A stretch of DNA of 32,000 nt from Candidatus Thorarchaeota archaeon (GCA_048882505.1 JBHLRO010000002.1:60001-92000), one strand, 5' to 3'. Counted from the first letter of the stretch, positions 16,476-25,776 are shown. Translations and numbers: made by a program. The notes: generated by a model from the sequence alone, not told the origin.

Positions 16476-17006
16476 TTAGGTTTTTCGGACGTACTGAAGC
16501 TCAACTACTCCTGTAGGATAATCAACGATTTTCATAAGTTTTAATGGAACTTCAATGTCTTGAGGAACGAATAAGGGGATTCCCTTCCCTAAAAGATGCG
16601 GGACAATATAGATTCTGTATCGATCAATCAGGTTCTGCTTGATAAAAGCCTCTATAAGTGCTCCTCCTCCTACTAGCCATATATTCTTTCCGTCTTCCTG
16701 CTTTAATTGAGGTACAAATTCATTGATCGGTGTATTGACGAACACAACGTTATCATCTTGACCATCTTTGGTTCGAGAAAAGACATAACACTTTTTGCCT
16801 TGGTAGGGAAATCTTGCATTTCTACTTAAAATTTGGTCGTAAGTTTTGCGTCCCATCAGGACGGTGCTAACATTCGAAAAAAATCCCGTAAAACCGTATC
16901 CTTCATCTCCGGGTGGTAACCAATCAACCTTACTTTGTATGTTAGCAACGTAACCATCTAAACTTGTCGCAATGTATAGGACAACTTCTCTTGGCATTTC
17001 ACTCAC
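16476..17006 (-). CDS. Dihydrofolate reductase-like protein (RibD C-terminal domain family)
   Basis: LYIATSLDGYVA, VLMGRKTYD, IWLVGGG.LI, LLGKGIPLF. Confidence 0.92.
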   Translation of the reverse strand: MSEMPREVVLYIATSLDGYVANIQSKVDWLPPGDEGYGFTGFFSNVSTVLMGRKTYDQILSRNARFPYQGKKCYVFSRTKDGQDDNVVFVNTPINEFVPQLKQEDGKNIWLVGGGALIEAFIKQNLIDRYRIYIVPHLLGKGIPLFVPQDIEVPLKLMKIVDYPTGVVELQYVRKT

Positions 17007-17356
17007 ATCTTACGTAAAAAAAAGACTCTTTCTCTTAATCTGCGCTCAAATTGCATTAATCCAATTCAGTACATTTGAAGGTTGTTAATTAGGGGCCCCT
17101 CCATCCTTAGGATGCAACGTATGAGCCCTGGTTTTACTCGTTCAACCTGTGAATATTGTAACATGCTTGATTTAAAAAATAATGAGGTAACCAAATCGTA
17201 ATCGTTCAGTTTCAAGACTTATATCACATATGGGGCCAAGAAACGCGATCAGGAGTCGTGTCAGAACTTTTCTAGTGAAGACTTTGCTAGGATAGAACAA
17301 ATGCCTTTATCCGTTGAAAGATTTAAATATGGGAGATATCTATATGAAAGGAATGA

Positions 17357-18433
17357 TTATAGTGCGAGTCCCATTTTTTTCTCGATATACCAGGGATTTT
17401 CAATAACAAATTGGCCATACCTTGCAAGCGACTCGGTCATTGGAACCTGATATTGAAAGCCAAGTTTCGTTATTTTTCCGCCATCGATCAAAATATCCTT
17501 CCCCAAATTTTGGAATAATTCCGGTATCAATATGGATCTTTCTTGTGGACGTTTGAACTTTCGTACGAGCTTGGCGATAAGGTTTCCCGCTCGAAAAAGA
17601 GTGAGGGGGATTGAAAATACCTTTAAGTCGTTTTTCTGTAGTGCTTGACCCAGACTCGTCACAAAGTCGCGAATAGATGTTACTGTCCCAACCAAGTTGT
17701 AAGCTTCCCCATTTCCCCGCGCATAATCTGTGAAAAACATGATAGCTCGGGCCACGTCATTCACATCGACCAAACTGATTTTATCAAGACCTCCACGAGG
17801 TAGTGGCGTGTACGGGGCACATAACATTCTACTAAACATGTCTAGGGTGTATCCAGGGCCACCGATTATGCCTGCAGGTCTTAGAATAGTGATGAGGCGA
17901 TCGGGGTGATCTTGTAGATAATCTCTAACTAGTGATTCGCCAAAAGCTTTCGTTCGCTCATACCCGAGTATCTCCGATGGATTTACAGGAAACTCTTCCG
18001 TGACTGCTTTCCCATTTTGACCATTGTAACTACCATAAACTGCGACTGACGACACATAGATCATTTTGCGCAGCCCATGATATTCGAAAGCTTGCAGAAT
18101 CTTTTGGGTGCCTTGAACGTTTACTGCATATAACTCTTCATACGGTTCCCAAAGATTAAAAATCGCCCCACTGTGTATCAAGATAGAGTCTTCTGGATCG
18201 ACTACTGAAGTAAAGCCAATTATCGACATGGTCTTTTTCAGGTCCCCGTAGAAGATTTCTACTCCCTGTTGACTACACCAACTCAAAAACTGTTCACGAT
18301 ACGGATTTCTTCTTCGTTTTCGAACTAACAATCGGATTTTTTGTGGCTCGCGGGCGTAAGGAGTCCGGGCAAGAAGATTCCGTACCAAAGCTTGACCAAC
18401 TAAACCCGTAGCCCCAGTTATTAAAAGAGTCAT
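17357..18433 (-). CDS. NAD-dependent epimerase/dehydratase (extended SDR, 3-beta-HSD-like)
   Basis: LLITGATGLVG, VNVQGT, YVSSVAVYG, YERTK (YxxxK), ILRP..I.GP. Start set at MTLLITG. Confidence 0.92.
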   Translation of the reverse strand: MTLLITGATGLVGQALVRNLLARTPYAREPQKIRLLVRKRRRNPYREQFLSWCSQQGVEIFYGDLKKTMSIIGFTSVVDPEDSILIHSGAIFNLWEPYEELYAVNVQGTQKILQAFEYHGLRKMIYVSSVAVYGSYNGQNGKAVTEEFPVNPSEILGYERTKAFGESLVRDYLQDHPDRLITILRPAGIIGGPGYTLDMFSRMLCAPYTPLPRGGLDKISLVDVNDVARAIMFFTDYARGNGEAYNLVGTVTSIRDFVTSLGQALQKNDLKVFSIPLTLFRAGNLIAKLVRKFKRPQERSILIPELFQNLGKDILIDGGKITKLGFQYQVPMTESLARYGQFVIENPWYIEKKMGLAL

Positions 18434-18533
18434 ATAGACCACTATGGTGATTTTGAAGTTAGAGCAATAGAACATATCCAACTTCAGATAAAACCACCCT
18501 AGTTCTTGGCCCGGGGTCCTTAAATAAACTATA

Positions 18534-18567
18534 TATAGTCCAGTCTATAAATTTATAGTCCAGTCTA
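18534..18567. repeat. 14-bp direct repeat with 20-nt period, overlapping a TATAAATTTATA palindrome
   Basis: TATAGTCCAGTCTA at 18534-18547 and 18554-18567, about 100 nt upstream of the SDR start. Confidence 0.75.
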
Positions 18568-18641
18568 AATTAATTATAATAAAATAATTTCGTTTAAAAT
18601 CGATATAATTATAATGGGCCTGCCTGTATATGATATCCAAC

Positions 18642-19835
18642 TCATTCGGGATGAGAAATCAGAAGGTCCACACAGTTTTCCCAAATCCCAGTTCCTTGCA
18701 ATTCTTCCCGAAGTACTTGGAGATATTGGGTATTTGCTTCTTCCACTAGTGCGGGCCGATCCACATCTTGAGGTCCAACTGGAGGGTCATGGATCAATGT
18801 ACTGCCTTTAATGTTGTATGTATTTTCACAAAATTGGCGCCAATCTTCAGGGGTTTCCGTGGGTAGCTCCTTTCCTAGCACTGCTGCTAAAGTGGTTAAC
18901 CATACACGGGCAACTGAATCGGGATTATACCCTCCCCCTCCCAACATCAATAATTTTCCTTCGGCGCGCGATTGTTGACTTAATTCAGCAATTCGTTGCC
19001 CCAAATGCTGATACGTCTTGGTAGTTAAGTTCAGATGACCTAAATAATCTCGATAATGGCCATCGGCGCCACATTGCCAGATCACAAACTCAGGGTCGAA
19101 TTCATTAGATAGGCAGGGGACTACTTTTTCGAACATCTTGATGTAAAGATCGTCCCAGGTTGCTGGGAATATCGGTACGTTAATGGTGTAACCGCGGCCA
19201 ATTCCTTCGCCAATCTCGTTGGAAAACCCGGTTGCAGGAAAAATAAATTGGGGAGATTCATGAATAGAAATCCCCAAAACTCCCTGGTCTTCGTAAAACG
19301 CATCCAATACGCCGTCACCCGCGTGAACATCAGTATCGATATATAAGATCCGTTCCAAATTGAACTTTTCCTTAAGATATTTGATGATAATAACGACATC
19401 GTTATAATAACAGAATCCTGCGGCTCGCTGAGCGAATGCGTGATGAAGTCCTCCTAGAAGACTGAAAGCAATCTTCACATCCCCATTTTGGATACGTTTA
19501 ACCCCTTCTAAGGCACCGCCTACAATGATCCGAGAAATCTCGTGCATTTCTGGAAAAACCGGACAATCGCCAGTTCCCAGTCCATAACGAAGATGATTCC
19601 CGCTGGTCTGAGCACTGTCTTTGACTGCTTGAACATAACCAGGGGTATGAAATCGTAGTATATCAGCTTCAGGCGCAGGTTGAGGTTCAAATTGCTTTAT
19701 ACTATGGATTTTAAAGAAGTTTAGACTTTCAAACAGTCTAAAGGGGATAACAAGCCTTCTAGGATGCATAGGATGTTCATCTCCGAGCTTGTATCTCGTA
19801 TATGTTTCTGACCAAATGATTCCTGAAGGAGGCAT
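18642..19835 (-). CDS. Class I histone deacetylase / AcuC-family Zn-dependent deacetylase
   Basis: HPMHPRR, GDCP, GGLHHA, GFCYYND, DTDVHAGDG, SIHE, QCGADGH..D, GGGGY. Confidence 0.95.
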   Translation of the reverse strand: MPPSGIIWSETYTRYKLGDEHPMHPRRLVIPFRLFESLNFFKIHSIKQFEPQPAPEADILRFHTPGYVQAVKDSAQTSGNHLRYGLGTGDCPVFPEMHEISRIIVGGALEGVKRIQNGDVKIAFSLLGGLHHAFAQRAAGFCYYNDVVIIIKYLKEKFNLERILYIDTDVHAGDGVLDAFYEDQGVLGISIHESPQFIFPATGFSNEIGEGIGRGYTINVPIFPATWDDLYIKMFEKVVPCLSNEFDPEFVIWQCGADGHYRDYLGHLNLTTKTYQHLGQRIAELSQQSRAEGKLLMLGGGGYNPDSVARVWLTTLAAVLGKELPTETPEDWRQFCENTYNIKGSTLIHDPPVGPQDVDRPALVEEANTQYLQVLREELQGTGIWENCVDLLISHPE

Positions 19836-19922
19836 ACGTTTTAGCACCCACAAGACGAATGACGGTATTACAACCAGTTACAGTTAATCTTTTAAATTGG
19901 AGGTATCCAGATGGAATATATA

Positions 19923-20006
19923 ATGAACAGAAAAATACAAAGATCAGTGTACTAGACAGTGGTGCCCCACTCATGTCCAAAAAGAATGCGAAAATCAGTG
20001 TATTAG
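19923..20006 (+). repeat. Diverged tandem duplicate of the Arf gene start (dead upstream copy)
   Basis: 19923-19955 (ATG AAC AGA AA- AAT ACA AAG ATC AGT GTA CTA G) vs 19973-20006 (ATG TCC AAA AAG AAT GCG AAA ATC AGT GTA TTA G): 26/34 identical with a 1-nt gap. Confidence 0.65.
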
Positions 20007-20551
20007 GTTTAGATCGAGCTGGTAAGACAACCATGCTTCAACGTCTTAAGACAGGACGTTGGATTCCCGACACAACTCCCACTATTGGTATGAATGCCGA
20101 AACTATCCAGATTGGAGATGTTACGTTTTCAGCATGGGACTTAGGGGGGCAGCTACAGTTCAGAAGAGCGCTATGGGAGATGTATACGAAGAACAGCGCT
20201 GGATTGATTTATGTCATAGATGTAAGCGACCCAGCCCGATATCCTGAGGCCCGTAATAATCTGTGGCGTATGCTGAAGATGAATCATTTACAGAATGTCC
20301 CTTTAGCCATCTTCGCAAATAAGGTTGATCTAGTAGACTCAGTTACAGAGGAGGATCTGGCGAATTTCATGGGAATCAATAAGAAGATGTCTCGCGTCCT
20401 AAATATCTTTAAAACATCTGCAAGGACTGGAGAGGGCATTCATAAAGGTATCTACTGGTTAGCAGATGCCATCCAAGAAGGAAAACAAATTACAATGGAA
20501 GTTTATCAGATTAAGTCCTTATTCGGACGACCCAGTTCAATTTTGGCTTAA
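19973..20551 (+). CDS. Arf-family small GTPase
   Basis: G1 GLDRAGKTT, switch I PTIG.N.E, G3 WDLGGQ, G4 NKVD, G5 TSA; Arf-type W and Y residues (WEMY). No Gly2 myristoylation site. Confidence 0.95.
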   Translation: MSKKNAKISVLGLDRAGKTTMLQRLKTGRWIPDTTPTIGMNAETIQIGDVTFSAWDLGGQLQFRRALWEMYTKNSAGLIYVIDVSDPARYPEARNNLWRMLKMNHLQNVPLAIFANKVDLVDSVTEEDLANFMGINKKMSRVLNIFKTSARTGEGIHKGIYWLADAIQEGKQITMEVYQIKSLFGRPSSILA

Positions 20552-20561
20552 TTCTTTCTCT

Positions 20562-21419
20562 CTATCGATGCCTCGGGCCTCTCGGGACTTTTTGACGAAC
20601 GTGACGTAGAGCACGGTAGATTAAGTCTTTATCTTCTGGAAACAGCCGATCCTCATCACGTAAGAGCCACCCTTTCGCTTTTGCGAGAAATGTGGCATCT
20701 TCGAGTAAATTGGCCTTCAGTAACAGTTTTACGCCTTGAAAATATAGGTTATGCACGATTTCGGGCTTTTCCGTCGAAAGCTGTCGCATTAAGGCAGAAG
20801 CTTCATATTTGTTCTCCCCTAATAGGGTACAAATCACAGCACACGAATAATTCAATGCTGCATTGTCAATGAATTGCATACCAAGGTGTTTCTCGCCTGC
20901 TTCAAGATAAGCTTTCTTGGCCGTGGAATAGCGTTCACGATCTATCTCTTGAGATGGAGGTGGTGGGGCCTTTTCGTCAGGAGTGGAATGAAGGACATCC
21001 TTCCCAAATCCAGATCGACGCATTTCCTCAAGAATATCCGTGGCCGGATCATCAGAGAAGGAATATGCCTCTTCATCAATCAATCTTCGATCTGATCCTG
21101 GTAATTCTGGAAATGGAGGACGAGAGGAAATATCTTTCGAAAATAAAGGAGGAGGTGCCAAACCGTGGTTTTCACCGGAGTCATCTGAAGTTATCGGACG
21201 GAGAGGAGTGCCTTCCACTGGTTTTTTGGTCCTAAATTCCATTCGAGGTGGCCCTTGAGTACCAGATGAGGTTCGAGGTGAAAGGGCTTGTGAATCTACC
21301 CTAGGAGGCCCCTTATATATGCTTGGAGTCTGCTCTACATCTTGATTTGACAAATTAGGAGGAGGAGGCAAATCCTTCTGTTTTTCTTTCTTCTTTTTCC
21401 TGCGGAATGAGGGGGACAT
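20562..21419 (-). CDS. Proline-rich disordered protein with a C-terminal TPR/SNAP-like helical domain
   Basis: Basic N-terminus RRKKKKEK; LPPPP, APPP, RPPFP, APPPP and two GPPR motifs; then amphipathic helices (AKKAYLEAGEKH...AALNYSCAV). Fold call is inference. Confidence 0.7.
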   Translation of the reverse strand: MSPSFRRKKKKEKQKDLPPPPNLSNQDVEQTPSIYKGPPRVDSQALSPRTSSGTQGPPRMEFRTKKPVEGTPLRPITSDDSGENHGLAPPPLFSKDISSRPPFPELPGSDRRLIDEEAYSFSDDPATDILEEMRRSGFGKDVLHSTPDEKAPPPPSQEIDRERYSTAKKAYLEAGEKHLGMQFIDNAALNYSCAVICTLLGENKYEASALMRQLSTEKPEIVHNLYFQGVKLLLKANLLEDATFLAKAKGWLLRDEDRLFPEDKDLIYRALRHVRQKVPRGPRHR

Positions 21420-21600
21420 ACCGAATCTCCAAAAACGCAAAGATATCCTAAAAGGGTTTTCTCAGGAGTTATATTACATGACGCCGTTTAAAAACGTTGA
21501 CAAGGGAGAAGCCCATCAGATTCTACCACTGTTAAATCGATCATAGGATGAAAATATAGGTAATTTCTCCATTATATTATCAGTACGAGGTAGAAAGAAC

Positions 21601-21639
21601 TTTAAATCAAGGAAACAGGACTTATAACCTTGATTTAAA
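21601..21639. repeat. 12-bp perfect inverted repeat (terminator or regulator site)
   Basis: TTTAAATCAAGG-N15-CCTTGATTTAAA. Confidence 0.7.
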
Positions 21640-21727
21640 CAGGTAAACAAAGGAATAAACGCAAAAGTTGTTTTGGATTAAGATATATTGTAAAATCACT
21701 AGGAAATTTATCCTATACATGGAATAA

Positions 21728-23155
21728 TTAAAGAGAGTCTAAAGCATTCTTTAACGCATCAATAGCATCCCTTGTTCCTTCAAGGCCTACCGAATATCTA
21801 ATTAAATTTTCCGGAACACCAGAATTTTGTCGCATTTCCAGTGTCATTTGTCCATGAGTTGTTGATGCTGGATGTACCCAGGTTGTATAATTCCTCCCTA
21901 AGTCAGTTACTTGTACTCCGAAATCGAAGAGTCTTGCAAACTTCTTGGCTGCTTTGAATCCTCCACGGACATTAAAGGACATTAAATGACTAAAACCGCT
22001 AGTTCCATCTTCAAAACGTAACAGTTTTTTCGCAAGCTCATGCTGAGGATGGGATGGCAATCCTGGGTAATTCACATTTTCTATACTTGGATGATGACTC
22101 AAAAATTCGGCGATATTCAGGCCCGAATCAGACATGACCTTCATTTTCATCTGTAAGGTAGCCAAGTCATCCCAGATGGCGGAGGCTGAAGGTGGATGAA
22201 GACAGGGACCTAGGTTTCGAAAATGACCTCCTTTGACTTTTATAACAAAATCCTCAACCAAATCCGGGACATTGGTTTCTATATGCTTCTTTCCCACGAT
22301 GGCTCCTCCAATGGCACGACCGCTACTTCCCATTACCTTTGAAATCGAATGAATTATCACATCTGCCCCATGTTCGAACGGTCGAAGTAGGGCTGGTGAA
22401 GCAATGCTCGAATCGACAATCAGAGGCAAGTTATGATCGTGGGCTAGATTGGCTAACTTTGGTAAATCAGCGATGAATACTGTGGGATTCGAGGGTGTTT
22501 CGACGTATAGGAGTTTTGTATGTGGCGTGATTGCGTCCGACCATGCGTCTAGGGACCAAGGTTTATGTACCCATTTCACATTCCAGCCCATTCTTTTGTA
22601 AGTTACATTAAATAATTGCTCTGTTCCCCCATACACTCGGTTAGATGAAAGAATTTGATCTCCTGGCCTCAAGAACGGCATGGTACCCAAGAAAACAGCA
22701 GCCATTCCAGATGCAGTGCATAATGCTTGAGTCTCTTCTACCAGATTTTGTCCTTCAAGTGCAGCGATTTTCATCGCTAAGTGATCTATCGTTGTGTTAT
22801 CGATTCGAGAATAAATCTTGTTTGGATCATTGATGGTTTGGTAGCTTAACAAAAGGGCACCGTCAATCAAAGAATCATAAGGCGCACCCGTTGAACTGCT
22901 AAAGACTGGAAGAGTCATTGATTTAAATTGGCGCTGATCTACATTGTCATACAATCCCCACAAGGCAACTGTATTAAATTCTAACTGTTTAGTTCTTAGA
23001 AACTGCGCCTTTCTTCTTGCAAGCGTTTCCATACTCCGAAGACGAAAAAAGTCTTCGTCACAGGCCATTTCCTTTAATTTGGCAAGTTCCTCCTCTAATT
23101 GGACAATTTTTTTTCGACAATAATCTACATCTGATTCCTCAATTGTTTGGGTCAT
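21728..23155 (-). CDS. Cys/Met metabolism PLP enzyme (O-acyl-homoserine sulfhydrylase / cystathionine gamma-synthase family) with an N-terminal extension
   Basis: ASGMAA, YGGT, ETPSNP, HSISK (PLP Lys), V.YPGL..HP.H, HPASTTH.Q, LIR.SVGLE. Start set at MTQTIEE. Confidence 0.92.
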   Translation of the reverse strand: MTQTIEESDVDYCRKKIVQLEEELAKLKEMACDEDFFRLRSMETLARRKAQFLRTKQLEFNTVALWGLYDNVDQRQFKSMTLPVFSSSTGAPYDSLIDGALLLSYQTINDPNKIYSRIDNTTIDHLAMKIAALEGQNLVEETQALCTASGMAAVFLGTMPFLRPGDQILSSNRVYGGTEQLFNVTYKRMGWNVKWVHKPWSLDAWSDAITPHTKLLYVETPSNPTVFIADLPKLANLAHDHNLPLIVDSSIASPALLRPFEHGADVIIHSISKVMGSSGRAIGGAIVGKKHIETNVPDLVEDFVIKVKGGHFRNLGPCLHPPSASAIWDDLATLQMKMKVMSDSGLNIAEFLSHHPSIENVNYPGLPSHPQHELAKKLLRFEDGTSGFSHLMSFNVRGGFKAAKKFARLFDFGVQVTDLGRNYTTWVHPASTTHGQMTLEMRQNSGVPENLIRYSVGLEGTRDAIDALKNALDSL

Positions 23156-23340
23156 TAGACATCTACCAACAGATCTGAATTTTAAATGCCAAAGGATTTC
23201 TGTTCTTGATTGTATAAGAGCGTGGATCAGAGTGTTTTTGTATCTTACGTTTTTCGTAGGTATCCGAAATTTATTCAATTTATCCTTTCCCAACCAAAAT
23301 CCTCCCGAAATTCAGAAATTGGGCCTTAGACAAGGAAGGT

Positions 23341-23931
23341 ATGGTGATAATAACGGAAATAGAGATAAAAATCCCATTAGTTGGGGAAAATTCTGATATT
23401 GGCAGGATAAAATCTCAAATATTTGCCAAGTTTGGCACACCTAAAGACAGGATGCACCAGATTGACACTTACTTCCAAAGTCCCATCGTGAACTTCCATC
23501 AGACCGATGAGGCTCTACGGATTCGGCAGATTCAAGAGAATGAAACACAAGAAATCGAACTAACCTATAAGGGCCCAAAAAAAGGAAACGAAATGAAAAT
23601 TAGGGAGGAAATTACCCTTCGTGTCTCAGACGCGGAGACAGCCCATATTTTATTGACCCTGCTTGGTTTCCAAGAAGTAATGAGAGTCAAGAAACATCGG
23701 ATTAACTGGGTTTTATCTGAAGGCGTTCAAGTATCCTTGGACCGAGTTGAAGGTCTCGGGGATTTTTTAGAGATCGAGTTACTTGAGACAGATCTTTTAG
23801 AGGATTTGGATCTAGGCAAACGGAGGATTCGACAAGTGGCAAACGCCATTTTTCCCAAGTGGGATGGAACGGAAGAGCGGCGCTCTTATCTAGAGTTACT
23901 CTTGACCGTTAATCAAGACGATAATCTTTGA
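23341..23931 (+). CDS. cyaB: CYTH-domain protein (class IV adenylyl cyclase CyaB / triphosphate tunnel metalloenzyme)
   Basis: EIEIK, Q.DTYF, ALRIR, LTYKGP, V.K.R, LDRVEGLG.FLEIE, SYLELL. Confidence 0.92.
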   Translation: MVIITEIEIKIPLVGENSDIGRIKSQIFAKFGTPKDRMHQIDTYFQSPIVNFHQTDEALRIRQIQENETQEIELTYKGPKKGNEMKIREEITLRVSDAETAHILLTLLGFQEVMRVKKHRINWVLSEGVQVSLDRVEGLGDFLEIELLETDLLEDLDLGKRRIRQVANAIFPKWDGTEERRSYLELLLTVNQDDNL

Positions 23932-24173
23932 GAAGGACTACAAGATGATTTCGGATCGTAACTCTTGTTACCTTATTCCTTTAAAGACTGTAACGATCAT
24001 AGGAATCATCTAGCCCGCCAAGTACAGATAGGACATTACAGCAGGGAAAGATTAATGGATTACCTAGTAGTAAATATGAATGGATTTGGCATTCAAGGGA
24101 GCAGGATTTTCATAGTCGATCTAAACGACTTAAATATTCGGGCATACTGTATCCTTAGGAAGGGCCGCTGCTA

Positions 24174-24743
24174 ATGAGGAAAGTTAATTACTCGATTGAT
24201 AAAAGAAAATGGCAACCAAGTCTAATTCCTGGTCCCATCGTCCTGATTTCCACTTATGACTCAAGAAAAATCCCAAATATCGCTCCCAAAAGCTGGCTCC
24301 AGATGGTGGCGTTTGATCCTCCTGTGTTGATGTTTTCTGGGTCTATGGGACAAACGACAGAAAATAACATCCTAGAAACTAATTGTTTTGGAGTAAATAT
24401 CGTTGACTCCTCCTTGACTTCACACGTTTATTCCTGCATTAAATGGTTTGGAATTGAAAGAATCAAAAAGCTAGGATTCACACTTCATGATGCCTCGAAA
24501 ATTGATGCCCCCCTCATAAACGAATGCAAGGCCCATTTAGAATGCCGTCTTCGCAGTACTAAAGAAGTTGGTAGTGGTTTTGTCGTGTTTGGTGAAATTG
24601 TGGCCGCCTCAATTTGGGAGGACGTACTGAAGGGAGAGACTCTCCAAGAAAAATACGAATTGCTCGATCAGATTGTATATTTAGAGAGTGGGATTTATGC
24701 TAGGATCGTTAACATCGAGGAAATCAGCGAATATCAGCCCTAG
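24174..24743 (+). CDS. Flavin reductase-like FMN-binding protein
   Basis: PGPIVLIST, NIAP.SW, T..NI..T..F.VN, AP.I.EC...LECR. Confidence 0.88.
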   Translation: MRKVNYSIDKRKWQPSLIPGPIVLISTYDSRKIPNIAPKSWLQMVAFDPPVLMFSGSMGQTTENNILETNCFGVNIVDSSLTSHVYSCIKWFGIERIKKLGFTLHDASKIDAPLINECKAHLECRLRSTKEVGSGFVVFGEIVAASIWEDVLKGETLQEKYELLDQIVYLESGIYARIVNIEEISEYQP

Positions 24744-24783
24744 AAATTGTACGCTGTCGTGGTGCTTATGATACGAGAAAACG

Positions 24784-25776
24784 TTGAACAACATGCCCAA
24801 GAGTTCTAACGAAACATCCAGCGTCGGCCATCATCAGGAGGTCCAAAAAACGATCGCACATGAGTTTATTAAACGGTGGGAGTTTTTTTATGGTAAAGAG
24901 GGAGTTCAAGAACTCATTTATCAGCTAAGACGTGAAGATCCACGTATAATCACTCCTAACACATTAATAATCAATTTACATGACCTTCAAAGACGCCTTG
25001 AAAGACAGGGATTCAAATTCTCAACCCTCCCTGAATATACTGCATTACGGGTTCAATACGAACCTTTCAACCTTGTTGCTACTCCTGAGTACCTCGGCGG
25101 ATGGTTTTCTATTCAGGCACTATCCTCCTTAATTCCACCCCGTGTGTTGCCTCTCCATAAGGATACAACCATCGCAGATCTGGCAGCGGCTCCTGGAATA
25201 AAAACTAGTTTACTAGCTATGGAAATGAAAAATCGAGGTACAATCTTGGCCCTGGAAAAATCAAAAAAGCGATTATCAGCATTAAAAGCTACCCTTGCAC
25301 GAATGGGAGTTCATAATACCTTCGTGATCAATTTAGACTCGACAAAATTCGCTCAACTCCGCATTTCAGTCTCAGGAGTTCTTTTAGACGCTCCTTGTTC
25401 TGGTACAGGATTAAAATTTGCAAAAGACAAACGTTTAGCTCCACGAATACTCGGTGATATTTCCAGATTGGCTTCCATCCAGAGCCAGCTTCTCGAGAAT
25501 GCCTGGCAGCAGCTACAAGAAGGCGGAACACTAGTTTATTCAACTTGCAGTCTGGAACCAGAGGAAGGAGAAGTACTGATAGATGAATTCATCTCTCAAC
25601 GCAAGCCTGAAGAGGTGGAACTTCTTCCTATCCCATTCCAGGTTGGCCGACCAGGAACTGAGACCCATTGGTATGAACCATTCTCGGCTCCCTTACTTGA
25701 AAACACACGCCGAATTTTTCCTGATCTTGGAGTTGATGGTTTTTTCATTGCTATGATGAGGAAGGTAGCTAGATGA
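24784..25776 (+). CDS. NOL1/NOP2/Sun-family RNA m5C methyltransferase
   Basis: IQALSS, DLAAAPGIKT, LLDAPCSG (motif IV Cys), YSTCSL..EEGE (motif VI Cys), DGFFIA. Start TTG 24784 or ATG 24793. Confidence 0.95.
   Translation: MNNMPKSSNETSSVGHHQEVQKTIAHEFIKRWEFFYGKEGVQELIYQLRREDPRIITPNTLIINLHDLQRRLERQGFKFSTLPEYTALRVQYEPFNLVATPEYLGGWFSIQALSSLIPPRVLPLHKDTTIADLAAAPGIKTSLLAMEMKNRGTILALEKSKKRLSALKATLARMGVHNTFVINLDSTKFAQLRISVSGVLLDAPCSGTGLKFAKDKRLAPRILGDISRLASIQSQLLENAWQQLQEGGTLVYSTCSLEPEEGEVLIDEFISQRKPEEVELLPIPFQVGRPGTETHWYEPFSAPLLENTRRIFPDLGVDGFFIAMMRKVAR

Noticed and set aside
20733-20753. HNLYFQG, nearly the TEV protease site ENLYFQG, in the Pro-rich protein
   Set aside because: It lies in a predicted helix of a native-looking gene with no vector context. 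Treated as coincidence, relevant only if the protein is expressed with a TEV-cleaved tag.
1654-23293. Longest-ORF starts for fni (1654), S8 (6227), vapC (6785), ABC ATPase (10055), SDR (18481), HDAC (19853), Arf (19859) and the PLP enzyme (23293)
   Set aside because: They overlap neighbours or leave no room for promoters, and they add residues before the family-typical N-terminus; downstream ATGs were chosen.
23965-24174. 69-aa ORF between cyaB and the flavin reductase
   Set aside because: TTG start, no motif, and no coherent frame on the other strand.
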